A DNA stretch of 64,000 nucleotides from a virus: IMG/VR virus record IMGVR_UViG_3300020190_000008; one strand, given 5' to 3'. The translations under genes were made by a program, and so were the position numbers. Positions 1 to 9,125 of the stretch are shown in pieces; position 1 is the first letter of the stretch; every line of letters starts with the position of its first letter. The notes under the pieces were generated by a model. It saw nothing but the letters and a program-made list of their open reading frames with translations, had not been told where the DNA came from and ran no database searches.

Positions 1-11
1 TATTTTGGGTT

Positions 12-227
12 TTATTCTATAACTTCATCAATTTTACTTTCTGTGATTGACGTAATTCTCCAATCCATTGTGTAATTTTCATAGATTTTAGTTACTTTAG
101 CTTCAACATCCGTCGGCGTGTAACCCAAAACTAATTTTTCTTCTTTTTGTTTTTTTACTCTTCCAGATTCCGAATCTAACAAATCTGATGTAATCTTTGC
201 TACAAAATATTTTTCTCCTTGTTCCAT
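12..227 (-). CDS. small protein, DUF4494-like
   Basis: YFVAKI...LV.GYTPTDVEAKV...WRITSI pattern resembles the Bacteroidetes DUF4494 domain. Confidence 0.45.
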   Translation of the reverse strand: MEQGEKYFVAKITSDLLDSESGRVKKQKEEKLVLGYTPTDVEAKVTKIYENYTMDWRITSITESKIDEVIE

Positions 228-235
228 AATTTTTT

Positions 236-952
236 TTATTTACCCAAATAATCGGATAATCTTTTCATTAAGTCAAGAGATTTGTTACCACTTTCACCAA
301 CATTTCTTTCCACGTTCATTCTTTTTTCTTCTTCCAAGTTTTCATCAAATTTTATTCTATCATTTTTATCTAAGAAAAGATAAGCACCTGGTGTTGACGG
401 TGAAGATACAAGGTCAAAACAAATTAATTCAAAATCATCTTGTACTTCGTTTTGTTCACCAACCTTTTTTAACGAACCAACACCACGAGAAGAAATACCA
501 AGTGTGACTCCCTGTCTTAAATAGTTTGCAGCTAAGTCTCCCTTTGTTGAACAAACTCCTCTTTCGTGAAAACCAGGTGATGTTAATAGTTTCAATTTAC
601 CAAGTAATATCGGACCATCCCACCACACATCAGTAATAATGTGTGATACCCTATCAAGATCAATTAATGAAGATTCTGGGTGATTAAGTTCAGAAAGTGA
701 AGTTCCCTTTTCAATTATTTTTTTATAATTTTCTACTTCCCTTTTTAATATCTTTTCTGGATACACTCTACCGTTTCTATTCGGGGTATCGTACTTTTGT
801 AGAACAGCGTAAAATTCAAATGGTTTTGAATGGTCCAAAAAATTTTGGGATTCCATTATGTAATGATTATTTTGACTTCTTGGGTTTATATACCCAGCGT
901 CATATTCGATAAGGATTCCTTTTCCAGTTTCGTTTGGTCCTAAAATTTTCAT
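236..952 (-). CDS. prohead core protein protease (T4 gp21-like)
   Basis: NRNGRVYP, ELNHP, VSH, GISSRGVGS, FDLVSSPSTPGA motifs; close to portal and terminase. Confidence 0.93.
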   Translation of the reverse strand: MKILGPNETGKGILIEYDAGYINPRSQNNHYIMESQNFLDHSKPFEFYAVLQKYDTPNRNGRVYPEKILKREVENYKKIIEKGTSLSELNHPESSLIDLDRVSHIITDVWWDGPILLGKLKLLTSPGFHERGVCSTKGDLAANYLRQGVTLGISSRGVGSLKKVGEQNEVQDDFELICFDLVSSPSTPGAYLFLDKNDRIKFDENLEEEKRMNVERNVGESGNKSLDLMKRLSDYLGK

Positions 953-973
953 ATTTAAATTTTATTATAAATA

Positions 974-1441
974 TTAAACTTTTTCGGTTTTTACTTTTAA
1001 AGGTTTAGTATTTCCATTTTTTGTGAAATAAAATTTGAAATACTCATTGCCAAGAAATACATCTGAATAAATTTCTTTTGTTAGATTTTTAAGATATTTT
1101 TTTAATTTCGTTGATTTAAAGTCTATTTCTTGATTTAAAAATAAAGTTATTTCTAAATTCATAAAAGATTTTTTCTTTATCTGTAAACCACTTGTTCTAA
1201 GGTCTAAATCTACAATAAATTTTACATCAAAAATTTCTTTACTTATGTGATTATGAACGGAATGTTTAACACTTCTATTCATATTGAGAACAACCCTATT
1301 CCAGTTTTCGGATTCTTTTTTTGGCTCCACCCAAGTTTGGATGTTTAAATAAAGTGATTTAAAATTTTTGGAATCTACAGTTCCATAAGTTACTTTGGAT
1401 GTACGAAATCCATTAATTTTTGAGGTTTTTCCCTTTTTCAT
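974..1441 (-). CDS. hypothetical phage protein
   Basis: 155-aa ORF in the head gene cluster. Confidence 0.7.
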   Translation of the reverse strand: MKKGKTSKINGFRTSKVTYGTVDSKNFKSLYLNIQTWVEPKKESENWNRVVLNMNRSVKHSVHNHISKEIFDVKFIVDLDLRTSGLQIKKKSFMNLEITLFLNQEIDFKSTKLKKYLKNLTKEIYSDVFLGNEYFKFYFTKNGNTKPLKVKTEKV

Positions 1442-1523
1442 AAAAATTTTTCATAGTCTCGATGTTTATTTTATTTAAATTTACATAATTTTGTAATATA
1501 TATCAAATAAAATAAAATCATAT

Positions 1524-1709
1524 ATGTTAATAATACAAGTAAAAAAAAACGACATCGAAAAAGCACTTAAAGAATTAAAAGGTAAGGTTATAAAAACCAG
1601 ACAAAATTCCAATCTTAATTATAGAAAAGAATTTACAAAAAAATCAGTAGAAAGAAGACAAGTTCTACAAAAAGCAATTCACCGACAAAAATTTATGAAC
1701 CAGAATTAA
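1524..1709 (+). CDS. rpsU: phage-encoded 30S ribosomal protein bS21
   Basis: MLII.VK..DIEKALK..K.K..KT.....RKEF.K.SV.RR...QKA matches Bacteroidetes bS21; inverted among head genes as in described bS21 phages. Confidence 0.85.
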   Translation: MLIIQVKKNDIEKALKELKGKVIKTRQNSNLNYRKEFTKKSVERRQVLQKAIHRQKFMNQN

Positions 1710-2422
1710 AGACTTCTATTTAATTCTTGTAATTTAAAAAAGGAAATTCTATCAAAATTTTCTTTTTCGACCTTGTTTATAGTTTCATAAATTGTCTTAA
1801 CAACTTCTGAATCTGTTTCAGAAGTTTTCATAGTTTCTAACTTATCAATAACATCTTCTTTTAGAAGTTCATATTTAAGTTTCAATTTATTTTCATCTTC
1901 AGATAAAATTTTATTTAAAATTTTTTTACTTTCTTCGTTTAACGAATTAATAAATTTATCAACAGTTTTATTTGCAACATTTACTAATTTATTTACAGGT
2001 ACATTACCAATAACTTCAAAATCTTCTGAAGTTTTCTTTAAATTTTCTAAAATAACCTTTTTACTTTTAATTTTGTTTTCTAATGTTAAAACACTACTTG
2101 AAAACAGATTATCAATATCTTCGTAATTATTTTTTGTTTTGATATGCCCAACCCAAAGATTAATTTCTTCTAGATTTTTTTTAGGAATTTTATTAATTGT
2201 ATTTTCATATAATATTGTTGATTGGTTTATTAATTCAGAAGCTGTAGATTCAGTTAACCCCTTACTACTTGATAATTCATCATACAAGTAATAAAGTTTA
2301 CTAATATTTTTATTTTCCAATACCAATTCTTTGAATACAAATAATGTATTTTTAAAAGAATTTCTTTTGTATGACTCTGTAAGTAATTTTTCTATCTTAC
2401 TTTTTATTAAACCAAATTTCAT
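1706..2422 (-). CDS. hypothetical helical protein (possible prohead core component)
   Basis: 238 aa, many L/I-x-E sites, immediately downstream of portal. Confidence 0.6.
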   Translation of the reverse strand: MKFGLIKSKIEKLLTESYKRNSFKNTLFVFKELVLENKNISKLYYLYDELSSSKGLTESTASELINQSTILYENTINKIPKKNLEEINLWVGHIKTKNNYEDIDNLFSSSVLTLENKIKSKKVILENLKKTSEDFEVIGNVPVNKLVNVANKTVDKFINSLNEESKKILNKILSEDENKLKLKYELLKEDVIDKLETMKTSETDSEVVKTIYETINKVEKENFDRISFFKLQELNRSL

Positions 2423-2445
2423 AATTATTTTTAATTATAAATATA

Positions 2446-4227
2446 TCAATCTTTAAGTATTTTTAATAATTCGTTTTCAATATCACCAAGTGAACTATTT
2501 TTTATTATAAAATCATCATCATTAGATTCTAGTAATAAATTTTCTAATTTTTCTCTGTTTTCAGGTAACCCTTCAAGACCTCCTGCTGGTGGTGGCGGCG
2601 GTCCTCCTCCTGCTGGTGGTGGTCCTCCTCCCGGTGGTGGTGCAGCACCTGCTTCTCCACCTTCAGTTGTTCCACTTATTGTTTTATATAATCTATCAAT
2701 GTTATCAAATAATCCAGTATGTGTTATAATTGTTGCAGTATTTGCAAGTTCTGCGGCAACAGCCCTTTCCATTCTTTGTCTTTGAGTATCAAGTTTGATA
2801 TCTTCATCAGAAAATCCAAAAATATGTTTTTTAGCCCAAGTAGCTGATGTTGGTGCTAATGTATTTGGAATTTCTGTAACCATATCTTTGTATAGTGTTA
2901 CCTTTTCTTTCCACACATCAACCATCAAAAGATCCGCTTGTTTTGATGGATTATTTAAACCTAATGTAAAATTTTGTAATTCATCTTCAAACCCCAAAAG
3001 AAATAAATGTATAATTGCAATTTTGTTTAATTCTGATAAAATATTTTTTTGTATTCTATTAATTGTTCTTGCAAAACGAATATCAAGTAGTGATAAATTT
3101 TTTCCATCACCAACCGGTTCTTCAAAACCAAGGTAAGCTTTTGGTATTCTTAAAGCTGTAACAAGTTTCTTTTGGATATATTCAATATCAGCAATTTCTG
3201 AAAGGTTTGTACCACCAGGTAGAGTTTCAATTGGCATTGTTTGTGTAGCATCTCTAACCGGAATAAAATAATCCTGATCTACTGCCATTTGATTAAATCT
3301 TAAATCTACATTACCGGTTTTATTATCAACAACCTGATCTCTTTTAAATTTATTTGCAACACGTTGTACGTAAGGTTCTACATCCTTATCATCCATATTC
3401 CCAACAAATACCTTGAACACCCTTCTTTCTGGTGCTCTTGATGTTCTATATATCAACATTGCATCTTCGGCCAAAACTAACTGTTTCCAGATTCTCCTTG
3501 CTTTTTCTAACATCGAAGTACCGTAGGGTAATTTTCTATCATCACCAAGTAATCTGAAATGTGCCACTTCAAAAGTGTTAAATTCCATATTTTTTTCTTT
3601 CCAATTAAATCTCAAACCTCTTTCATTAACTTTTACTTCGGTGTTTGGTGATTTAGGTGTCATACCTCGTTCGAATCTTTCAATTTCAATATTAGGTAGT
3701 TGAACACCACCAATAATTCCTTTTTCAGGGTCTAATTTTAAATAAACAAAGTTATCACCATATTTACAAGTGTTTCTAATCCACATTTGTAAGTTTGTAT
3801 TAATATCTAAAGTATTGTTAAATAAATCCGCAAGTATTCCTTTTATTCTTTTTGATTCGGAATATATTTGTAAGATATAACCGTCTTCATTTGGGGTTGT
3901 TGATTCTTCAGCATATATATCTAAAGCCGTTGAAATTTCTGGTGTAAATTCCATAGATTCGTAATCATAAAACGCGGCAAGTCTTGTTGGTTCGTAATAT
4001 ATTGCTTGGGTATATAAATTACTTTCTATTTTTTGCCATTGGTTTGATAAATATAAAGTTTGTTGTGCTTGAAGTTTTTCTTTTTCAAATTCGGATTTAT
4101 CCCTAGTTTTAAGTAATTCTTGTTTACTAAACTTGTGTGTTGGGATATCTTGACCCAATAAAGAATTTGGTCCAAATGCTTTATTAAGTCTTTGCCAAAC
4201 TGTAAGTTGATTTGTATTTTGTTCCAT
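2446..4227 (-). CDS. portal protein (T4 gp20-like)
   Basis: AHFRL, YGTSMLEKARRIWKQL.LAEDAMLIYR.SRAPERRVF, DYFIP.R, IETLPGG; Pro/Gly-rich C-terminal tail. Confidence 0.93.
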   Translation of the reverse strand: MEQNTNQLTVWQRLNKAFGPNSLLGQDIPTHKFSKQELLKTRDKSEFEKEKLQAQQTLYLSNQWQKIESNLYTQAIYYEPTRLAAFYDYESMEFTPEISTALDIYAEESTTPNEDGYILQIYSESKRIKGILADLFNNTLDINTNLQMWIRNTCKYGDNFVYLKLDPEKGIIGGVQLPNIEIERFERGMTPKSPNTEVKVNERGLRFNWKEKNMEFNTFEVAHFRLLGDDRKLPYGTSMLEKARRIWKQLVLAEDAMLIYRTSRAPERRVFKVFVGNMDDKDVEPYVQRVANKFKRDQVVDNKTGNVDLRFNQMAVDQDYFIPVRDATQTMPIETLPGGTNLSEIADIEYIQKKLVTALRIPKAYLGFEEPVGDGKNLSLLDIRFARTINRIQKNILSELNKIAIIHLFLLGFEDELQNFTLGLNNPSKQADLLMVDVWKEKVTLYKDMVTEIPNTLAPTSATWAKKHIFGFSDEDIKLDTQRQRMERAVAAELANTATIITHTGLFDNIDRLYKTISGTTEGGEAGAAPPPGGGPPPAGGGPPPPPAGGLEGLPENREKLENLLLESNDDDFIIKNSSLGDIENELLKILKD

Positions 4228-4267
4228 AATAGAAATTTAATTTATAATTGTCAAATATAAATATTCA

Positions 4268-4561
4268 TTAGTATATAATGTTTTCACCACTTTCTGTTAA
4301 GATTGCTTTTTGTAATTCCGTCAAAATATAGAAAGTTTCAACAATTGGTGTCGGACTTGGTGTAGGTGGTGTCGGACTTGGTGTAGGTGGTGTTGGATTT
4401 GGTTTAGGTGGTGGTAATTCTCTGAAAGTATCTTTTGGCGTTCCTCTTTTATATTTAAAAGATGGTGGAAAATTTTTAACTGAATATATAGGCTGATCTG
4501 GTACTATTAAATTAGAACCACCAAATATTCTTCCTGAAGTTTTTCTTCTATCTAATCCCAT
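4268..4561 (-). CDS. Pro/Thr-rich small protein
   Basis: PTPPTPS repeats; C-terminal ILTE-x-G motifs. Confidence 0.6.
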   Translation of the reverse strand: MGLDRRKTSGRIFGGSNLIVPDQPIYSVKNFPPSFKYKRGTPKDTFRELPPPKPNPTPPTPSPTPPTPSPTPIVETFYILTELQKAILTESGENIIY

Positions 4562-4569
4562 TTTTATAA

Positions 4570-6342
4570 TTATTTTCTACCACCAAATAACCACCCGTAT
4601 TTAATATAATCTTCTTTTGCCGGTCCAGAATTCATTTTCATTCTTTCATTTAACATATGTCCATTTGGAATTACTGGGTCAAAATGAATTTGTTTTCCTA
4701 CTGAATCGTTATTTGAAACAGTCCAAGATTCAATCATTACTTTAGTTTTTTCAACGACTTTTTCCAACTTTGAAAATGAAGATTCCCCAACATAAATTGC
4801 CATAGAAATTGCCATTATAAGGTCATCGTGTTGTCCTTTTTGGTGGTCAGGTCTTCCATTAACATAAACAAAAGTATTCATTTCGTTGTATAATCTTGTA
4901 CTTTTAATTTTAAATTTATGTCTGACATATTCTTCAAATGCCGCAATTATTTGTACACGTTTGTTATTAAAATTTATTCCTGGTATTTTATCTTGTGCTT
5001 TTGGATTATATGACCAAATGTTTGTTGAATCGACACCATCAATATATAAATTACGATAACCAAGTTCTTGCATTTTTCTTACTGTCGTAATACCCATACC
5101 ACCGGTAATATCGACAACACAAAATGCGTTATACATAATACCCCATTTATAAGCAATTTCGGCTAAAGCGTCTGGTGGAATTTTTCCAACATATTCAAAT
5201 ACTTGTTCTCGCTCATCAAAATCAATAATTTGAATCGATGAAAAATCTTCACTATCACCACGAGATACGTCAACACCCATAATGTATTTATGTCCTTGTT
5301 CTGGTTCTTTCCACATCCAAAGCGAATTTCCCATTAATTTAGATGGTGCGTCTTGTATTGTACTTGTTTTTATATAATCTAATTCTTTAGCATCAAATAC
5401 GTTATCTCCAGACCCCAGAAATTCACAGTTAAGCTCTTGGTTAATTTTTCGTTTATCGTATTTTAACTTTTTAACCATTTTTTCATACCAAGGAGAACAG
5501 GGTTTATATCCTTGATTAAAATATTCTTTTATTTTATCATAATCCCTTTCATAAGGGTCAGTATCAGTAAATGAAATATTTTTAGAATGGTCTTTTTCAT
5601 CTTTATTTAATAGATAATCAACCATATCATCAGTTGGTACCAGATATAAATCTTTTGAGTATCTAGGGTCTTTCCACCAAAACATTTCAGAAATTTTAAA
5701 GTTGTTAACACCTTTAACCGCCTGATTATATACATCATAATAAATTGGGTCATAACCGTTTGGTGTTGATACAACAATTACTTTACCACCGGTAGAAAGT
5801 GATGCCATACAAGCTGCCCAAAAATCACCATCAGCTTCGATAAACGCGGCCTCATCAAATACAAGTACCGTAGGTGTATAACCCCTCAAGGCATCTCGTG
5901 ATGTTGCAACTGCTTTTACTTCACAACCATTTGTTAGTTTGTAATGTCTTTGTGAATTTTTATCTGCAGAAAAAGAAGCGCCAACCCATTTAGGCCATTG
6001 GTCAACAAATGCTCTAATTTTATTTGCCATTTCCATTGACGTATCAAGTTTGTTTGCAATAATCAATATTTTTTCTGGACGTTCTTTTTTTGCAAACACA
6101 AGTTTTTTTGATATCCAAGCGGCAGTCACTGTTGACACACCAGCCTGACGATACTTTAATGCAATATTTTCTTCGTGTTCTTCATAGTCCTTCAGTAATG
6201 AAACCTGATCTGGAAATAATTCCAAAGGTACAAATTGTGAAACCGTATTATCGTATGTCTGTAAGTATGTTCTTAATGCGTATGGTGTATCTTTCATACA
6301 TTTTACATACTCTAGCATTATTTGTTCTTTTGATAGACTCAT
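4570..6342 (-). CDS. terL: terminase large subunit
   Basis: KYRQAGVST Walker A, FDEAAF Walker B, VSTPNG, nuclease GVDVSRG and HDDL motifs. Confidence 0.95.
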   Translation of the reverse strand: MSLSKEQIMLEYVKCMKDTPYALRTYLQTYDNTVSQFVPLELFPDQVSLLKDYEEHEENIALKYRQAGVSTVTAAWISKKLVFAKKERPEKILIIANKLDTSMEMANKIRAFVDQWPKWVGASFSADKNSQRHYKLTNGCEVKAVATSRDALRGYTPTVLVFDEAAFIEADGDFWAACMASLSTGGKVIVVSTPNGYDPIYYDVYNQAVKGVNNFKISEMFWWKDPRYSKDLYLVPTDDMVDYLLNKDEKDHSKNISFTDTDPYERDYDKIKEYFNQGYKPCSPWYEKMVKKLKYDKRKINQELNCEFLGSGDNVFDAKELDYIKTSTIQDAPSKLMGNSLWMWKEPEQGHKYIMGVDVSRGDSEDFSSIQIIDFDEREQVFEYVGKIPPDALAEIAYKWGIMYNAFCVVDITGGMGITTVRKMQELGYRNLYIDGVDSTNIWSYNPKAQDKIPGINFNNKRVQIIAAFEEYVRHKFKIKSTRLYNEMNTFVYVNGRPDHQKGQHDDLIMAISMAIYVGESSFSKLEKVVEKTKVMIESWTVSNNDSVGKQIHFDPVIPNGHMLNERMKMNSGPAKEDYIKYGWLFGGRK

Positions 6343-6366
6343 AAAGATATTTTAATATAAATATCA

Positions 6367-6399
6367 AAACCCCCAGTTATTTTCATAAAAGGGGGTTTT
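6367..6399. terminator. intrinsic terminator-like hairpin
   Basis: AAAACCCCC...GGGGGTTTT inverted repeat downstream of the 6422..7798 gene. Confidence 0.5.
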
Positions 6400-6421
6400 G
6401 TAGGACAATATATTATTTAAT

Positions 6422-7798
6422 TTATAAACCTAGTCTTGTTAAGATATCATCATCTTCTTCATCGTCATCGTAGTCATCATCATCGTCATCACCTTCTTTA
6501 TATTTTTTATAGTTAGCTTTTGCTTGTTGTAATAATTCGTTGAATTTTTTCTTAGCTTTTTCATTATCAGATGGACTATCTGAAATAACATTTGCAATTA
6601 CATTTTTTAAAAATTCTTCAGCTGGAATACTATATAACAATTGTTCAAAGAAAGGAATATATTTTTTACCTTCATTATCCAATGTTAATTCATCTGGAAG
6701 TAAGGTTCTTAATTTTCTTACAAGCTCACCACCAACACGGAAATTCATTGGTTCGTTTTGCATTGTATCTGTTTGACCAATAACTTGTGTTGCGATTTCT
6801 GGGTCCATATCTTTCCATTGTGCTCTTGACTGAATCATTGAAAATGATTTGAATAGTTCGTGAAGTAAAATTGGAAATATTAAGCCATTAGCATAATATG
6901 TATCATTTCCATCTCCTTCTTCACCACCTTCATCTTCGTCTTCATCGTCATCATTACTTTCTTGTTTTTTACCTGCAGCACCGGCGGCATTACCACCAAG
7001 AGCTTCAATCAAATCTTCATCTGTAAAATACATAAGGTCATTAGCACCCATAATTTTATTATAAAGTGCGTATAGTCCTGGATCAATCGCGTCTAATCTA
7101 TCCTTATACATTTGGTAAGCAAATTGACCACGTTTTCCTTTACCCATTATAATAGCATTGATAACATTTCTTTTTTCAATTTCCAATTGTTTTTGTTCTT
7201 CTGGTGTTAGTTCGTCGATATCAAAAGAAAAATTTGGAGGTAATGGAAGTTTTTGTTCTTTTTGTGGTTTCATTTTAAAAATACTTGGGTCGATTGCTTG
7301 TTCCCCTAAAAATGTTAACATATTAACAAAATCAAATTCATAAACAACACCACCATCTTTTCTTTTTTTAATTACCAAACCTTTTTCAATTGCTTGTTCC
7401 ATATTATCAGAATAAGGTAACCAACCTTCTTCTTTAGCCGCAATTTCAACCGCCAAATCTCTAAGTTGTTCTCTATATCTTGGTTCAAGTTGCATAGCTT
7501 GTCTAACTGCTTGCATCTGTGCCATTTGTATTGACATTTTAACTTGTGGGTTTGTAATATTTTGTTCTGTACCAAAATATCTTTTTACATAGTCGACAAT
7601 TTCTTTAAATCTTTTACCAGCAATTTTTTCAACATCAGAAGCACCACCCCTAAAAGCTCTATTCTTTGCGTAGATACCTTCTGGGTCCTCAATTCTTTGT
7701 TGTGTTCTAGGGTGCATTCTTTCAGGATAATCACCATAATCAATTGGTGCTTCCTTAATTATTTTTCTTACAAGTCTTTCTAATTCTCTATTTCCCAT
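6422..7798 (-). CDS. hypothetical head-associated protein with leader
   Basis: N-terminal LERLVRKIIKE leader; acidic tracts. Confidence 0.65.
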   Translation of the reverse strand: MGNRELERLVRKIIKEAPIDYGDYPERMHPRTQQRIEDPEGIYAKNRAFRGGASDVEKIAGKRFKEIVDYVKRYFGTEQNITNPQVKMSIQMAQMQAVRQAMQLEPRYREQLRDLAVEIAAKEEGWLPYSDNMEQAIEKGLVIKKRKDGGVVYEFDFVNMLTFLGEQAIDPSIFKMKPQKEQKLPLPPNFSFDIDELTPEEQKQLEIEKRNVINAIIMGKGKRGQFAYQMYKDRLDAIDPGLYALYNKIMGANDLMYFTDEDLIEALGGNAAGAAGKKQESNDDDEDEDEGGEEGDGNDTYYANGLIFPILLHELFKSFSMIQSRAQWKDMDPEIATQVIGQTDTMQNEPMNFRVGGELVRKLRTLLPDELTLDNEGKKYIPFFEQLLYSIPAEEFLKNVIANVISDSPSDNEKAKKKFNELLQQAKANYKKYKEGDDDDDDYDDDEEDDDILTRLGL

Positions 7799-7801
7799 TT
7801 T

Positions 7802-8728
7802 TTAGTTTCTTAAAATTGAAGTTATTGCTACCATAAAATCATTTTTTTGTTCTTCTGCTTTTGGTTGTTCTTCAACACTAGGATTTGGGTCCTTAAATGG
7901 ATTTCCCTTTCTTCTTGTCGGTGTTTTAGTTTTTTCCCTTTCTTTAGTTCTTTCTTTTTCTTTTGTATTTGCTTTTGGTTGTTCTTCAACACCAGGATTC
8001 GGATCCTTGAATGGATTTCCTTTTCTTCTTGTTGGTGTTTTAGTTCCAGGTTTTGTTTTAGTTCGTTCTTTTTCTTTTGTATTTTCTATCATCTCTTTTT
8101 CTTGAAACATAGTATTTTTCTTTGGGTTGTTCAACATAAACTTTTCTGACTTATCAACTTTTTCTTGAATTGTTTTTAACAATTCTCCTTTTGTCATACT
8201 AGGTTCAATATGTTTTTCAATCATATTGAATATTTGTTCTTCCAAATACTTTTCATAATTTTCATCGGTATTTTTTCTTGTTTTTCTTTTAACAGTTTTT
8301 TCTGGATGTTTTTTTTCTGGCATATCTTTGTATTGTTTTTTTGACGTACTATCTGAAAATTCTCTAGCCATTTCACACCATTTTTTCTTTTTAACACCCT
8401 TACTTGTATTACACTTGGCCCAAAAGAATCCTTGTTGTGCTTTTGATTCAAATTTTTCACCTATTTCACGAGTAACAGTAAGACTTCCATCTGGATTTGG
8501 GGTTACTTCACCATCTTTAACATTTAAACCTTCCTTATTTTGTTTCATTTGATTAACCGTTGAAGAATCAACATTTTGGATTTCAAGGGTTTTTCGTGTT
8601 GTTTGGATAGCTTCTTTAGTTTCAAATTTTTCAGCAAGAATTCTTATTTGATTTGGTTTCATTCTTGAAACCGTGGTAAAATGAATACCATTTTCCAAAA
8701 GAATTTCAATGTATTTTTTAGTTTTCAT
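7802..8728 (-). CDS. hypothetical protein with internal duplication
   Basis: EKFESKAQQ motif; duplicated NTKEKERTK..KTPTRRKGNPFKDPNP.VEEQPKA; ATG at 8728 preferred as start. Confidence 0.65.
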   Translation of the reverse strand: MKTKKYIEILLENGIHFTTVSRMKPNQIRILAEKFETKEAIQTTRKTLEIQNVDSSTVNQMKQNKEGLNVKDGEVTPNPDGSLTVTREIGEKFESKAQQGFFWAKCNTSKGVKKKKWCEMAREFSDSTSKKQYKDMPEKKHPEKTVKRKTRKNTDENYEKYLEEQIFNMIEKHIEPSMTKGELLKTIQEKVDKSEKFMLNNPKKNTMFQEKEMIENTKEKERTKTKPGTKTPTRRKGNPFKDPNPGVEEQPKANTKEKERTKEREKTKTPTRRKGNPFKDPNPSVEEQPKAEEQKNDFMVAITSILRN

Positions 8729-9125
8729 AAACAACTTTTTTTTCAAATTGCAACACGAGGTCTCTCTCGTATAATTTATCTTTTACATCCTGTTCTTGGT
8801 CCCCATATTTAAAAACCAATCTTTTAATCAACGAAAAATCAATTTCATCTTCTTTTTCCCAACCAAGGGCAATAACACCATCAATTGAATCTTGAACAGA
8901 AAAAACATCAGAATTTTGTACCAATTCCAATGTAATTTCATTGTGTGTTAACGACCCAACTTTTTTTACGTGTTCAACATCCGGAGGACTTGGATAACCG
9001 TTTGCAGGTCTTGCTTCCCAATTTTCACCCCAAACATCTTCCAAAGAATCACCAAAAATAAATTCATAAATGTTTTCACCCCTATAATTAGGACCCAAAC
9101 CATTTATGTATAATAAGTAACTCAT
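8718..9125 (-). CDS. hypothetical phage protein
   Basis: 135 aa, overlaps both neighbours (translational coupling). Confidence 0.7.
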   Translation of the reverse strand: MSYLLYINGLGPNYRGENIYEFIFGDSLEDVWGENWEARPANGYPSPPDVEHVKKVGSLTHNEITLELVQNSDVFSVQDSIDGVIALGWEKEDEIDFSLIKRLVFKYGDQEQDVKDKLYERDLVLQFEKKVVYEN

